A stretch of 64,000 bases of DNA, from NCBI GenBank assembly GCA_050575255.1, contig JBNZDD010013685.1, positions 5,327,517 to 5,391,516 on the forward strand, given 5' to 3'. Source of the stretch: Harriotta raleighana (Eukaryota). The stretch's first letter is position 1. Every line of letters starts with the position of its first letter. Below, piece by piece: positions 1-10,030 of this stretch. The notes under the pieces are model-generated. The model worked only from the letters and a program-made list of their open reading frames with translations, made no database searches and had not been told where the DNA came from. The translations under genes were made by a program, and so were the position numbers.

Positions 1-1133
1 AGTTGGTGTATGAGGCCTTGCAGGATTGGATAATGAGCTCAGCACATTGGTTTGGAGACTCATATTGGGCCCAGCCTAGAACTGCTCAGAACTGCTGCTA
101 GTTGCAGAAGAAATCAACAAAGCACTCTGAGACACCATCTGGCGTGGAGGGCGCTATATAAATTGAAGTTGTTGTTTGTTGTTAAACACAATTTGTAAAC
201 AGCCCATGCCTCTGGCGGCCTCGCATGGAACAGAAGTCATATTTCCACCAGTGCCACATGCTCACTCCCATTCTTGGCATGATGTCACCACATAAAACTC
301 CATTGACCTCCAAGCTTAGGCAAGTTACTGTGCTCCCAGAGTGAAATTCTGCAATTGCCTGCAATGAGACTTCTTTGAATAAAGCCATAAGTAGAAGGTA
401 AAAATATTCTTTGGGGGTGGGGTTATTGGGGGCTAAGTAAAATTCAGTTAAAGGGTCGATCCTTTTAAGACATGAAAGCTGTGGGCTTGACTGCATGTCC
501 ATTGACTTGTCAGAGGTGAGAATGCTCCAACCTAGCCTTGCCCTATCAATGTATGGGCATCGCTGGTGAATTGAGAAAGGAGCAAGAGGGCACCTGGTGG
601 GTAGTCACTCCAGTTCTGCTCAGGGCTCAAGGCTTTTCCATCTCCACTCTCCTTAAGTAGATGAGCTGCCAATAGATTTGCTGGGTGCTGAATACCCTCT
701 TGCCTAACCTGCCATCTACAAATAAAGCCCATGGCAGACACCTGATCAAGATGTTCAAGGTTGTGAAAGATATGCACATGAGAGAGAAGGGACGATAAGT
801 CTATAGATGGATGTAAGGAACATGTCTAGACACATGTGGCCGATCCCACAATTCTATTCAGAAAGAAAAGTTTATTCTAATATTCTGGCCAAAAATCCAA
901 CAGATAAATTGGTAATTTGTCCAAAAACTCTTTTTGGAGATTATTGTGTGCAAATTGGCTGCTGTTTTCAAATAATAATAATCCTTTCATTTGATATAGA
1001 GCCTCATCATGTCATTGAGACATCTCAAAACGCTTCACAGAATATACCCAAAAGTGTATTTTGCCTTAAAATAGTCACTGTCTTGATAATTATTACACTA
1101 TTTGTGCCATATTATTCTATGTAACTCTACATA

Positions 1134-1695
1134 CAGTAAAAGCCTGTTCATCAAGCGTGACTTGATGAACTGGAACTTCCGTTTAACTGGCACGTCAAAA
1201 AAAAAGTCCCCATCCGATTAACTGGAAGTTATCCGGCACAATAGCGGTGCCGCATTTAAAAAAAACAGCAGGCTCTACTAGCAGCAAGCCGAATGTGCAG
1301 GTATTTCGGCTTGCTATTAGTAAAGCCTTAAAGTAGCGTTGCCGCTAGTAGAGCCCGCTGGTTTTTTTTTAAAAGTCGTGCTGTATTTTTTCCTCCCATG
1401 GCAGCTGCCATTGCAGAAGTTAATATAAATAATAAAGTACTAATACAATATTCTGTTATTACAGTATCTGTTATTACTGTATTTGTTTATTATTTATATG
1501 GTAAGGTGTACAACGTTTTTGGGTTGGGTTTTCGGCGTCGGATCCGACTATTATTATCTGTTTTTATTTAGTCTATTATTAGTATTTTTTTTATATATGT
1601 TGGGTTTTCGGCATCGGATCTGAGCGTTTAACTGGCGAGCAGTTTAACCAGCATTGACCAGTTCCTGCAGGTGTCGGATAAATGGTCTTTTACTG
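1134..1695. mobile_element. Non-autonomous Tc1/mariner (Tigger/pogo-like) MITE
   Basis: TA on both sides (1132-1133, 1696-1697); imperfect TIRs CAGTAAAAG-CCTGTTCATC / CAGTAAAAGACCATTTATC; repeated subterminal TTAACTGG; CpG-rich interior; no ORF. Confidence 0.85.
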
Positions 1696-2209
1696 TAATC
1701 TACGGAATTACATTGTATCTCAGAACTACTATGAAACAACTGTGGGACTCTGCACGACCTAAAACAATACAAAGATATTACTGATCTCTTCAACTTCTTC
1801 ACACAATGCTGCACTCTCTCTCTCTCTCTCCAAGAGATTGATAACATGGTCATAGAAACTCTTGAACTAGAACCAAATCCTTGCCAATAGCCTCTAGATG
1901 CTGTTGACCTCTGGACTGTATTGTTAGTTTTTTAGCGATTAAGCCTGAGGCCTTGAATGCTTGATCTGTGACAGTCCCACAGGTAAATTGATCATTCATT
2001 TCATGGCTGTTGGTGGGATTTTGCTGTGCACAAATTGGCTTCCGTGTTTGCTTACAAAATACTCAAGTCACTAAACTTAAAATAAGTCTCTGTGATGCAC
2101 TTTCAGACATTTCGATGTTGCAGGCGCTATATCAAATGCCAAGATTATAATCATTAAAGATTAAGTGCAAGTTTTGTAAGGTGGTGGAGAGCACTGTGTG
2201 CCTCTGTAC

Positions 2210-2444
2210 CGTATCCCAGTATAAATAAGGGTTTTAACACATTCAGGAGAGCATAAGAACAAATCAGAGTAGAGAAAAACACAAATGATGTTGTGCAGTT
2301 TAATATGCGGGATTTGTAAAGAATTGTGTCATCATCTTGACATTTACGTATTCCGTTCAGTCCACTGATCTCAGCTGATCTGCTGTCGGGCACCTCCTTT
2401 CTATGTGATCTCAGTTCACATAAAAGTGCCGTTTGATCAGGTTC
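2210..2444 (-). CDS. Candidate internal exon (EPDQ...FVFFSTLICSYALLNVLKPLFILGY), unidentified
   Basis: Acceptor ctgacctcccag, 235 nt open in phase 0->1, donor G|GTACAG, several CpGs, hydrophobic 3' segment; no recognisable homology. Confidence 0.25.
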
Positions 2445-3054
2445 CTGGGAGGTCAGTGTGAAAATCAGGATTTGAATTTTACAAATTCAGTTGTAAAGCT
2501 CTGTGTGCTGCCCTCCACTGCTATTTAAATATAACTTTAACACAAAATACGAGAGGTATGGATATGGATTCCAGTGTGATTCAGTGAACCACATTTATAA
2601 GAAAACACAAATCTGAACTCAAACAGATTCAAACTCAGAAACACTATTGCATGTGATTAAATTTTCTTAAAAACACATGCTTAAAAGTAAAGAACGTTGA
2701 ATGGTTTGTCAGAAATAAAGTATAAAGAAGGGTCCCTCTGGATTTTTAGCTGGCTTCTTTTTACTATTTATTCAGCAATTCACATTCCAAATGGTATATA
2801 GCCCCTTGAAATAATGTCAGGGAGGTAACATGTACAGACAGACTCAAATATGAGACTTTAAAGGTCTGAAATGATTGACTCCATGGCACAGCTGTCTGGT
2901 CGGTAATCCAATTCTTTGCTGTTTACTCCTGAAGTTCATGTGATTCCAGGCGGAGATGGTTCAGGGAGTTGTTTTAACCCCATATCTGCCAACAGCTCTA
3001 CACAGACCATGGCAGTACAGTTGCGGAGTTTTTCGCATTAATGCCTGGCTCATA

Positions 3055-3490
3055 ATAATAATAATTCTTGCCTTTGATATAGTGGATTATCACCTCTTTG
3101 AGACATCTCAAAATGCTTCACATAATGTACTGAAAGATGAATTGACTGTATATTTTGTGAGCAAAGTGCGGGAACCAATTGTGCGCAGCACTGTCCCACA
3201 AACAGTCATGGATTGAATGACCAATTGATTATTATTATTTTCTTTTAAGGAATTATTACCCCGGAAAAGCAATCCGCCAATCGACTAACAACCGAGTTCC
3301 TACTTACTGGGGCGTCCTCCTGACGTGAAGGGCATTTTATAAATGCAATTTTGTGATTGTTGTACTGCTTGGTAAAGAGAAGTGTGTGGAGTAAGGAAAC
3401 TTGTCCAACGTTTCGCCCTGCCAGGAATCAAACACAGCTCTCTCGCTTGCGAGGCGAATGCTCTAAACACTGAGCTACAAGACATTATGT
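3055..3490 (-). mobile_element. tRNA-derived SINE with L2-like tail (family 1), interrupted by a short L2 3' end at about 3305-3365
   Basis: Matches the plus-strand copy at 7417-7724; (AAT)n tail. Confidence 0.85.
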
Positions 3491-3661
3491 TCCTGCTTCT
3501 GTTATACAGACTTGGGAAATCCAGTCTCCACCTAGTGAGGACTGTGGTTGTCAGATGTCAAATAATCAACTCATAATTATCCTCAAGACTGTGCTATTGT
3601 TGAGCACTCCAAGACGCTATTCCTATGAAGGGCACATTATAAATACGTTGTGGTCTAATAG

Positions 3662-3753
3662 CTCAGATGTCCAGTGTCTCACATGTCCAGTGTCTCACAT
3701 GTCTAGTGTCTCAGATTCCAGTGCCAAAGATTTCCAGTGACTCATGTTTCTAG
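3662..3753. repeat. 16-bp tandem repeat (CATGTCCAGTGTCTCA), about 5 decaying copies
   Basis: Directly visible tandem units. Confidence 0.8.
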
Positions 3754-5014
3754 AAAATGAAGTGGGAGAATGTAGGAGGCAACGCCACAAAATGAAATAA
3801 AAATTAAGCAATTAATTTGGCTTCCTTGCAGACATAATGGGAGCTTTGTGGTAATAAATCCTGATAAATTGGTCATTAATTTAATGGCTGTTTATGGGAT
3901 CTCGCTGTGCACAAATTGGCTGTCTTGTTTACCCACAAGGAAGCATCGGTATACTAGCCCACAATTAGCCATGATGTAATATGCCTACATCAAATGCCTA
4001 GAATTGTTATTGTTTAGAATGCAAATAATAAACAGAAAAGCCAACTTATATGGTTAGATTAGATAACGCTTAAACTGCTTCACCTATCAAAGGGACAAAG
4101 TCTCAAGCCTTGGACTAGCACATTGTGATCACATATACATACATCTTCTGACTACTGTATATGGTCATTATTTCATGCAGCACCTTGGGACATCCTCCTG
4201 ATGTGAAAGGTGCTCTAAAAATGTACTTTGTTGTTGTTGTATTTCATCCCACGTAATCACCATTGAAATGTCAAAAGGCACATTATTTCTTTTCTTAAAC
4301 TTTATGAAATTGCTATCCGACTCTTTTGTCAGAAACCAGCCCTGCACCGCGATAACCTTTCCCACACTCACTGAGGTACTTTGTGTTGCTGCAGTTTCAC
4401 CTTGCTTGTCCAGGCTACTCAGTTTTACCGAGACTCCCTCAGGCAAAGAATTAAAAAAAACTTGGAACATAATTTCACCTGTCCCTGACAAGCAAGTATG
4501 GCAGAATTTGCAATTTGGTCTGACTCACTCTACAGTTTGGCTGGATCTAAAAATAGATTTTTAAAAATTGTGTTTTGTTTATGCCCCTTTGTCAACGTTT
4601 TGCCTGAAAGACTGCACCGTGCAGCAAATTGCTCTGTGGCGAAGCAGGATATCTAGTGGTGATGTACACATTCAGGATAGTGCTTGTGTAGGAGGGTGAA
4701 GAGGGTGCAAAGCGATGATCTTATAATGAGCAACGGAACCCTCTTCAAACTGATAGTTATTAGTCTGAGTGGTTAGATAAAACCAAGCCTTGTTATGACT
4801 GTGTGACTTCCTGTTAACTAGCATTCTTCAGTGAACAAAACATCCATCTTTGTCATTGATATTAATGATTGGATCTCAGTCTAGATAGATTTGCTGAAAA
4901 CAAGAGCATTACATTCCTAATGTGTAGTAGCCTCCTGTGCCAGTTCACTAACTGGGCAAAAAGTAAGTAAAAGAGGAAATTAAATACAGAGGAAATAATA
5001 GCAAAGTGTGAGCC

Positions 5015-5350
5015 TGGCTGCGGTGATAGCACTCTCACTTCTGAGTCAGGAGAAATTATGTGTTCAAGCCTCGCATCTGGTCTTTGAACTAGTTTAGGCT
5101 GGCACTCAAGTGTAGTTTTGAGGGCATACTGAGTTGTTCAGAGCTGCTGTCCTTCAGATGAAATATTAAATTGAATTTGAAAATTAAAGATTCTATGGCA
5201 TGCCTCGTAAAGAGAGGAGAGTTTCTCCTCGTGGCTTGTCTAACAATTCCCCAGATAAATTTGGTCATTCACTTCACTCTAAATCCTGTGAAGCTTTGGG
5301 ACATCCTCGCAATGTGGAGGATGCTACGTCAAATGCAAGGATTACAATTG
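5015..5350 (+). mobile_element. DeuSINE-like (SacSINE1-like) tRNA SINE (family 2)
   Basis: Head TAGCACTCTCACTTCTGAGTCAG..GTTCAAGCC, Deu-like body, L2-like tail AAATGCAAGGATTA; similar to 36925 and 60930. Confidence 0.75.
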
Positions 5351-5904
5351 CGTGTACTGGTCAACTGAGACAAGCAGAGTGGGAAGATTCCAAAACAATT
5401 CTCTAGTTAGGACGGATCTGAGTGTGGATGGCAGAAGGGGCATTACAGTCAGGCTAGTGAGGGAGAAATATCAGCCACAATATATTCTCCTGATCACAAT
5501 CCCATGGCCTCTGATGAAAGCCTACATGATGCCAACATTGGGACTGCTTTCTTACTGGCAAATATGAAGTGATACTCTGGATGGTCCTACATTTAGCAAA
5601 CTTTGCAAAGTGAAATTGATTGGATTTCCCATTTTCTGAATGCACCCACAAAGTACCACCTGGTCACTATTTTTTCTCACACAGGACGAACAATTACTTT
5701 ACTATCCTGAAGGCTCAGTGAGAAATCATTGCACGTTGTAAAGCCGAGCCATAAAAACCTGTAAAATCTTGGATTACGTTTGATCCCAAAGGGAAAAAAT
5801 CACTTTTTCTCTCAGTACCTTTTAAACTTGTTCTGCTGCCAGAAAATTCCTCCACTGTCACTAATCATTGTCACCCCTGAATGATCAGCGCAGGGACAGG
5901 GACA

Positions 5905-6097
5905 GTATTAATATGCAGAGTCACCAAATGCCAGTATTATTATAACATGTAGTCAGCACACACCTATGTTATTGTAAAGTATCTACACGCCATTGATATT
6001 ATAACATCTAAAACCTCTACATGCCAGTGTTGTTATAACATGTAGTCACCATACGTCAGTGTTATTATAACATGTCCAGTCACCACATGCCTGTGTT
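5905..6097. repeat. Degenerate minisatellite of about 31 bp (ATGCCAGTGTTATTATAACATGTAGTCACC), about 6 units
   Basis: Periodic TTATAACATGT core. Confidence 0.75.
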
Positions 6098-6629
6098 AAA
6101 AATGCCAGGATTGATGCAGCTTGACATCTGATAAAAAAACCTTAGCATGATTTGTTTTTATTAGTTTGCTCAAGGCATCTGGAGCCACACAGCAACAACA
6201 TATGGCTCACAATTTGCTTTTGGGCAAGGAGGTTCCCTGATCTGTTGTCATCAGCCACCAAAACCAAACCTGTGCTGTTAACCTGTCAGTTCTGACCAGT
6301 GTCTTTTCGTGTATGGTTGCTCGCGGGTCTAGAAGAGGAATTAAAAACAACCCTGTGAAGTAACCAGAATTACAAAGCAGCATCTTGCACAACAAACAGT
6401 TTGCCCTGTGAAGCACCTTCTACATAAATTAATATCTTAAAAATCATGTGTTAAAATTATAGTATTCTCAATCCTAATAGTAATGATATATTATTAATAT
6501 ATTATTGATAGCAATATAATAATAGTTCTTGCATTTGATATAGGGCTTTTCATGTCTTCTAGACTTCACAAAGTGCTTCAAAGAATATGCTGTAAAGTGA
6601 ATTGACTGTATATTTTGTTGGCAAACTAT

Positions 6630-6930
6630 AATAATAATAATAATCCTTGCATTTGATATAGCGCTTTTCACATCTTATCAACGTCCCAAAGCGCTTCACA
6701 GAATATACTGTAAAGTGAATTGACTGTATATTTGTGGGCGGAACGCGGTAGCCAATTGCGCACAGCAGTGACCTACAAACAGTTGGAGATTGAAATGTCC
6801 AATTTATTATTGTTCTTTTGAGGGATTATTATCAGGCATGTGAAGTACGGAAACTTGCCCAAGATTTCTCCCTGCCTAGAATTGAACCTAGGTGTCTCGC
6901 TTGCACGGCAATGAGCTTCAGGATTTCACA
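6630..6930 (-). mobile_element. SINE family 1
   Basis: Similarity to other copies; a second tail fragment lies at about 6515-6625. Confidence 0.8.
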
Positions 6931-7029
6931 CATGATATATAATATTATTAATATGAAATACAGTATTATTAAACACCACACCACAATTTAATCCCATAAT
7001 GGTTAGCACTGAGTAGGAGAAGGAAGGTT

Positions 7030-7235
7030 CATAGAATCATAGAATCTTACGGCACAAAAGGAGGCCATTTGGCCCATCGAGTCTGTACTGGCTCTTTAAA
7101 AAGAGCAATTTAATCCCACTCCCCAGCTCTCTCCCTATAACCTCACAAACCCATCCTCCCCAAATAAATGTCTACCTCTCTTTTAAAAGTTGTTATCGAA
7201 TTGGCCTCCACCACTTTTTCAGTCAATACATTAAT
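7030..7235 (-). mobile_element. CR1 LINE 3' end
   Basis: CATAGAATCATAGAA terminal repeat followed by GGAGGCCATTTGGCCCATCG, typical of CR1 tails. Confidence 0.7.
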
Positions 7236-7416
7236 AAGTATTGATCATAGGCCTGCATTGAACGGGCAGGGCAGTACTACTTCTGAATTTAGGACAACCT
7301 GGTTTCAGTGCATGGTCGGTGCAATACAGGCATGTTCCTACAATTTATCCTGTATTCGTCGGGATCAGTTAGGCTATCAATTGGGCATGGAGCAAGAGGT
7401 TGATCAATACCATTTA

Positions 7417-7724
7417 TGTAGTCCTGTAGCTCATTGGTTAGAGCACTCGCCACATAAGTGAGAGACCTGAGTTTGATTCCAGGCAGGGCGAAACCTTAGG
7501 CAAGTTTTCATACTCTACGCACCTAGTAATAATCCGTCAAGGAAAAAAAAATATTTGGTCCCTCAATCCATGACTGTTTGTGGGACACTGCTGTGTGTAA
7601 TTGGCTGCTATGTTTCACCCACAAAAAATACAGTCAATTCACTTTACAGTATATTCTATAAAGTGCTTTGAGACATCTAGAAGATATGTAAAGTGCTATA
7701 TCAAATGCAAGGATTATTATTATT
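7417..7724 (+). mobile_element. Full-length SINE family 1
   Basis: A box TAGCTCATTGG, B box GTTTGATTCC, central TTGTGGGACACTGCTGTG segment, L2-like stem-loop and (TTA)n tail. Confidence 0.9.
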
Positions 7725-8721
7725 CAAATGTCACCCAGAGATGTGTGCAATAGATGGATAGGCTGGCTGTTGACTGAATTATGACTCATACTTCCGTCTG
7801 CTGGTATTTTCTTTCCTTAATGAACTGTTGCCAAAGATAATAATCTAATCTCTGCATTTGATTAGAGGAAGCACACACTGAATAAAAGATGGTTTGAAAT
7901 AAGCAAGAAGCCATCTCAGATTTAACCATTCTTTTCTTTGTCAGCAATTCTACCAATTGGCGAGTCTGTGACATTTTGCAAGGCATTCCTCATGTTAATT
8001 AACACAGGAAACACTTTGTGAAATGCCGCGAACATAACTCCTTTATCTTTGTTAATTAGAGACTACAAAGAGAGTGGTTGAGTGAATTAATCTGCCAGAA
8101 GGAATATTTAAATAAGTGATAAATTAGGTAGATAAATCTTTTTTTTCATAAGTTACACTAGAGTTCAATAAAACATAGTTAATGTCCACTTTCATAGACA
8201 TTGGAGTTTGAATTGCAGACTTTGGTAGGGAGTTTCTCAATATCAACCTGAATCACACCCTAATACCAGATATACCTCACAGCGACCTTCAGGAACTCCA
8301 CTGCAACACAATTAGCTTCTTGAACAGAATTCCTGGAGTGAAGGTCTTTGAGCTACAGGAAGGAAGTTCACTTAATTTCATTGATGAAGCAATGTGTAAG
8401 GTGTGTGTATGATCTGCACACATCCTAGGGTTTTGAATATCCAGAAGAAACTCTTTATAGACGCTTTGATAAAGCAATTGGATCCCCTGTGGAAATGTAG
8501 TACACCTGATTTTCAGTGTTAATCAGATAGCTTCCTATGCCAAGAAATGGGTGATTTTTCAGTTACTAGGTCACTGCTCTATTCACAGGAAGTGCTGCTA
8601 GCAAAAAGGGCAAAAGTAAAGAATAAATCAGAGTAGGACACTCCTGCAGGTCCAGAACAAAATGAAAAGACATTTTATTTTCGGAAAGTACCAGTGTGCA
8701 TGGCACAGCAAATAGTGTCAA

Positions 8722-8990
8722 CAACAACAATAACTAACAACAACAAAATTACATTTGTAGAGTGTCCGTCGTCCCAAGGAGCTGAACAGATATGGGTCTG
8801 GGGCATGGGGCTTGGTGGGGGTAACTGGTGTTGCAGGTTTGGGATGAGGAAGGGCAGAGAGTTAGAATGGGGGCATGGTTGAAGAGGAAGGTCTTGAGAT
8901 CGGTTTTGAAGGAGACAAGGGAGGAAACAAGGTGAAGGGATTGTGAGGTGGAGTTTCACGCGACTGAACAACCAGGAAATAGGCCATTTT
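8722..8990 (-). mobile_element. L2 3' fragment
   Basis: (AAC)n tail, terminal stem-loop, purine-rich 3' UTR. Confidence 0.75.
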
Positions 8991-9049
8991 TAATGCTTTG
9001 TTTATATCGCAATCAATGAGACATTGGACGCAATCAAACTCTCCATGAT

Positions 9050-9175
9050 GTTCTGATGAAGAAAATGTTGACTCACTTTCCATTTTTCATAGATGCTGCC
9101 TGACCTGCTGAGTGTTCCCAGTGATTTCTGTTTTTGTTTCAGATTTCCAGCATCTGCAGTATTTTGCTTTTTTTT
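9050..9175 (+). mobile_element. Penelope-like element terminal fragment with a deleted hammerhead core
   Basis: TTCTGATGAA-GAAAATGTTGACT...AGATGCTGCCTGACCTGCTGAG...GATTTCCAGCATCTGCAG; start matches the terminus at 35501-35540. Confidence 0.7.
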
Positions 9176-9754
9176 TCTCTATGATGAGCTTCCCACAATC
9201 CAATGATGTAAATGTGTATCCTTGTCTCTGAATCAGGGTTTAAGCCCCACATCAGAACTTTGAATTCTCACAGTCTAGCCTAACCAATACAGTGCTGGGG
9301 TGCATTGCAATGTAAGTGGTGCCATCCTTTAGACATTAAACCAAGGTAGCATGTGTACCTTCAGATTCCATGCTGTTACTTGGATAGAAATGGAATTGTC
9401 TGCTGGTATCCCGACCAACAGTCCCCTGAGTAAAACTGGTAATTCACTTGGCTGGATGTGGAACATTGTAGTGCACAAATAGGTTACTGTGTTTACCTAC
9501 AAATACGCAGTCATTCAATTTTACGGAATATATCCTGTGAAGTGCTGTTCTAATAATAATAATCCTTGCAGAAGGATCATTTCACAGAATATACTGTGAA
9601 ATTAATTGACTGTATATTTGTGCATGAGACGCGGCAGCCAATTGCGCACAGCAGTGTCCCACAAACTGTCGTGGATTGNAGGTTACTGTGTTTACCTACA
9701 AATACGCAGTCATTCAATTTTACAGAATATATCCTGTGAAGTGCTGCTTTAATA

Positions 9755-10030
9755 ATAATAATAATCCTTGCAGACGGATCATTTCACAGAAGATACTGTG
9801 AAATTAATTGACTGTATATTTGTGCGCGAGACACGGCAGCCAATTGCGCACAGCAGTGTCCCACAAACTGTCGTGGATTGAGTGACCAAATTATTATTGA
9901 TTTTTTTGAAGGATTATTATTAGGCGTGTGAAGTAAGGAAACTTGCTCATGGTTTTACCAGGCGGGGAATCGAACCCAGGTCTGCCACTTGCCAGGCCAG
10001 TGCTCTAAACACTGAGCTACAGGACTCCAG
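9755..10030 (-). mobile_element. SINE family 1 (partly duplicated across n at 9679 and 10108)
   Basis: tRNA head GGAGTCCTGTAGCTCAGTG..GTTCGATTCC on the minus strand. Confidence 0.85.

Noticed and set aside
5905-6097. CRISPR-like periodic array
   Set aside because: Units are homologous throughout with no unique spacers, no cas genes, and the context is eukaryotic
7417-7495. tRNA-like sequences with A/B boxes (many copies)
   Set aside because: They continue into SINE bodies and L2-like tails, so they are SINE heads and not tRNA genes
8293-8400. Open frames with splice-like ends on both strands
   Set aside because: Equally plausible on either strand, no homology, phases do not chain reliably
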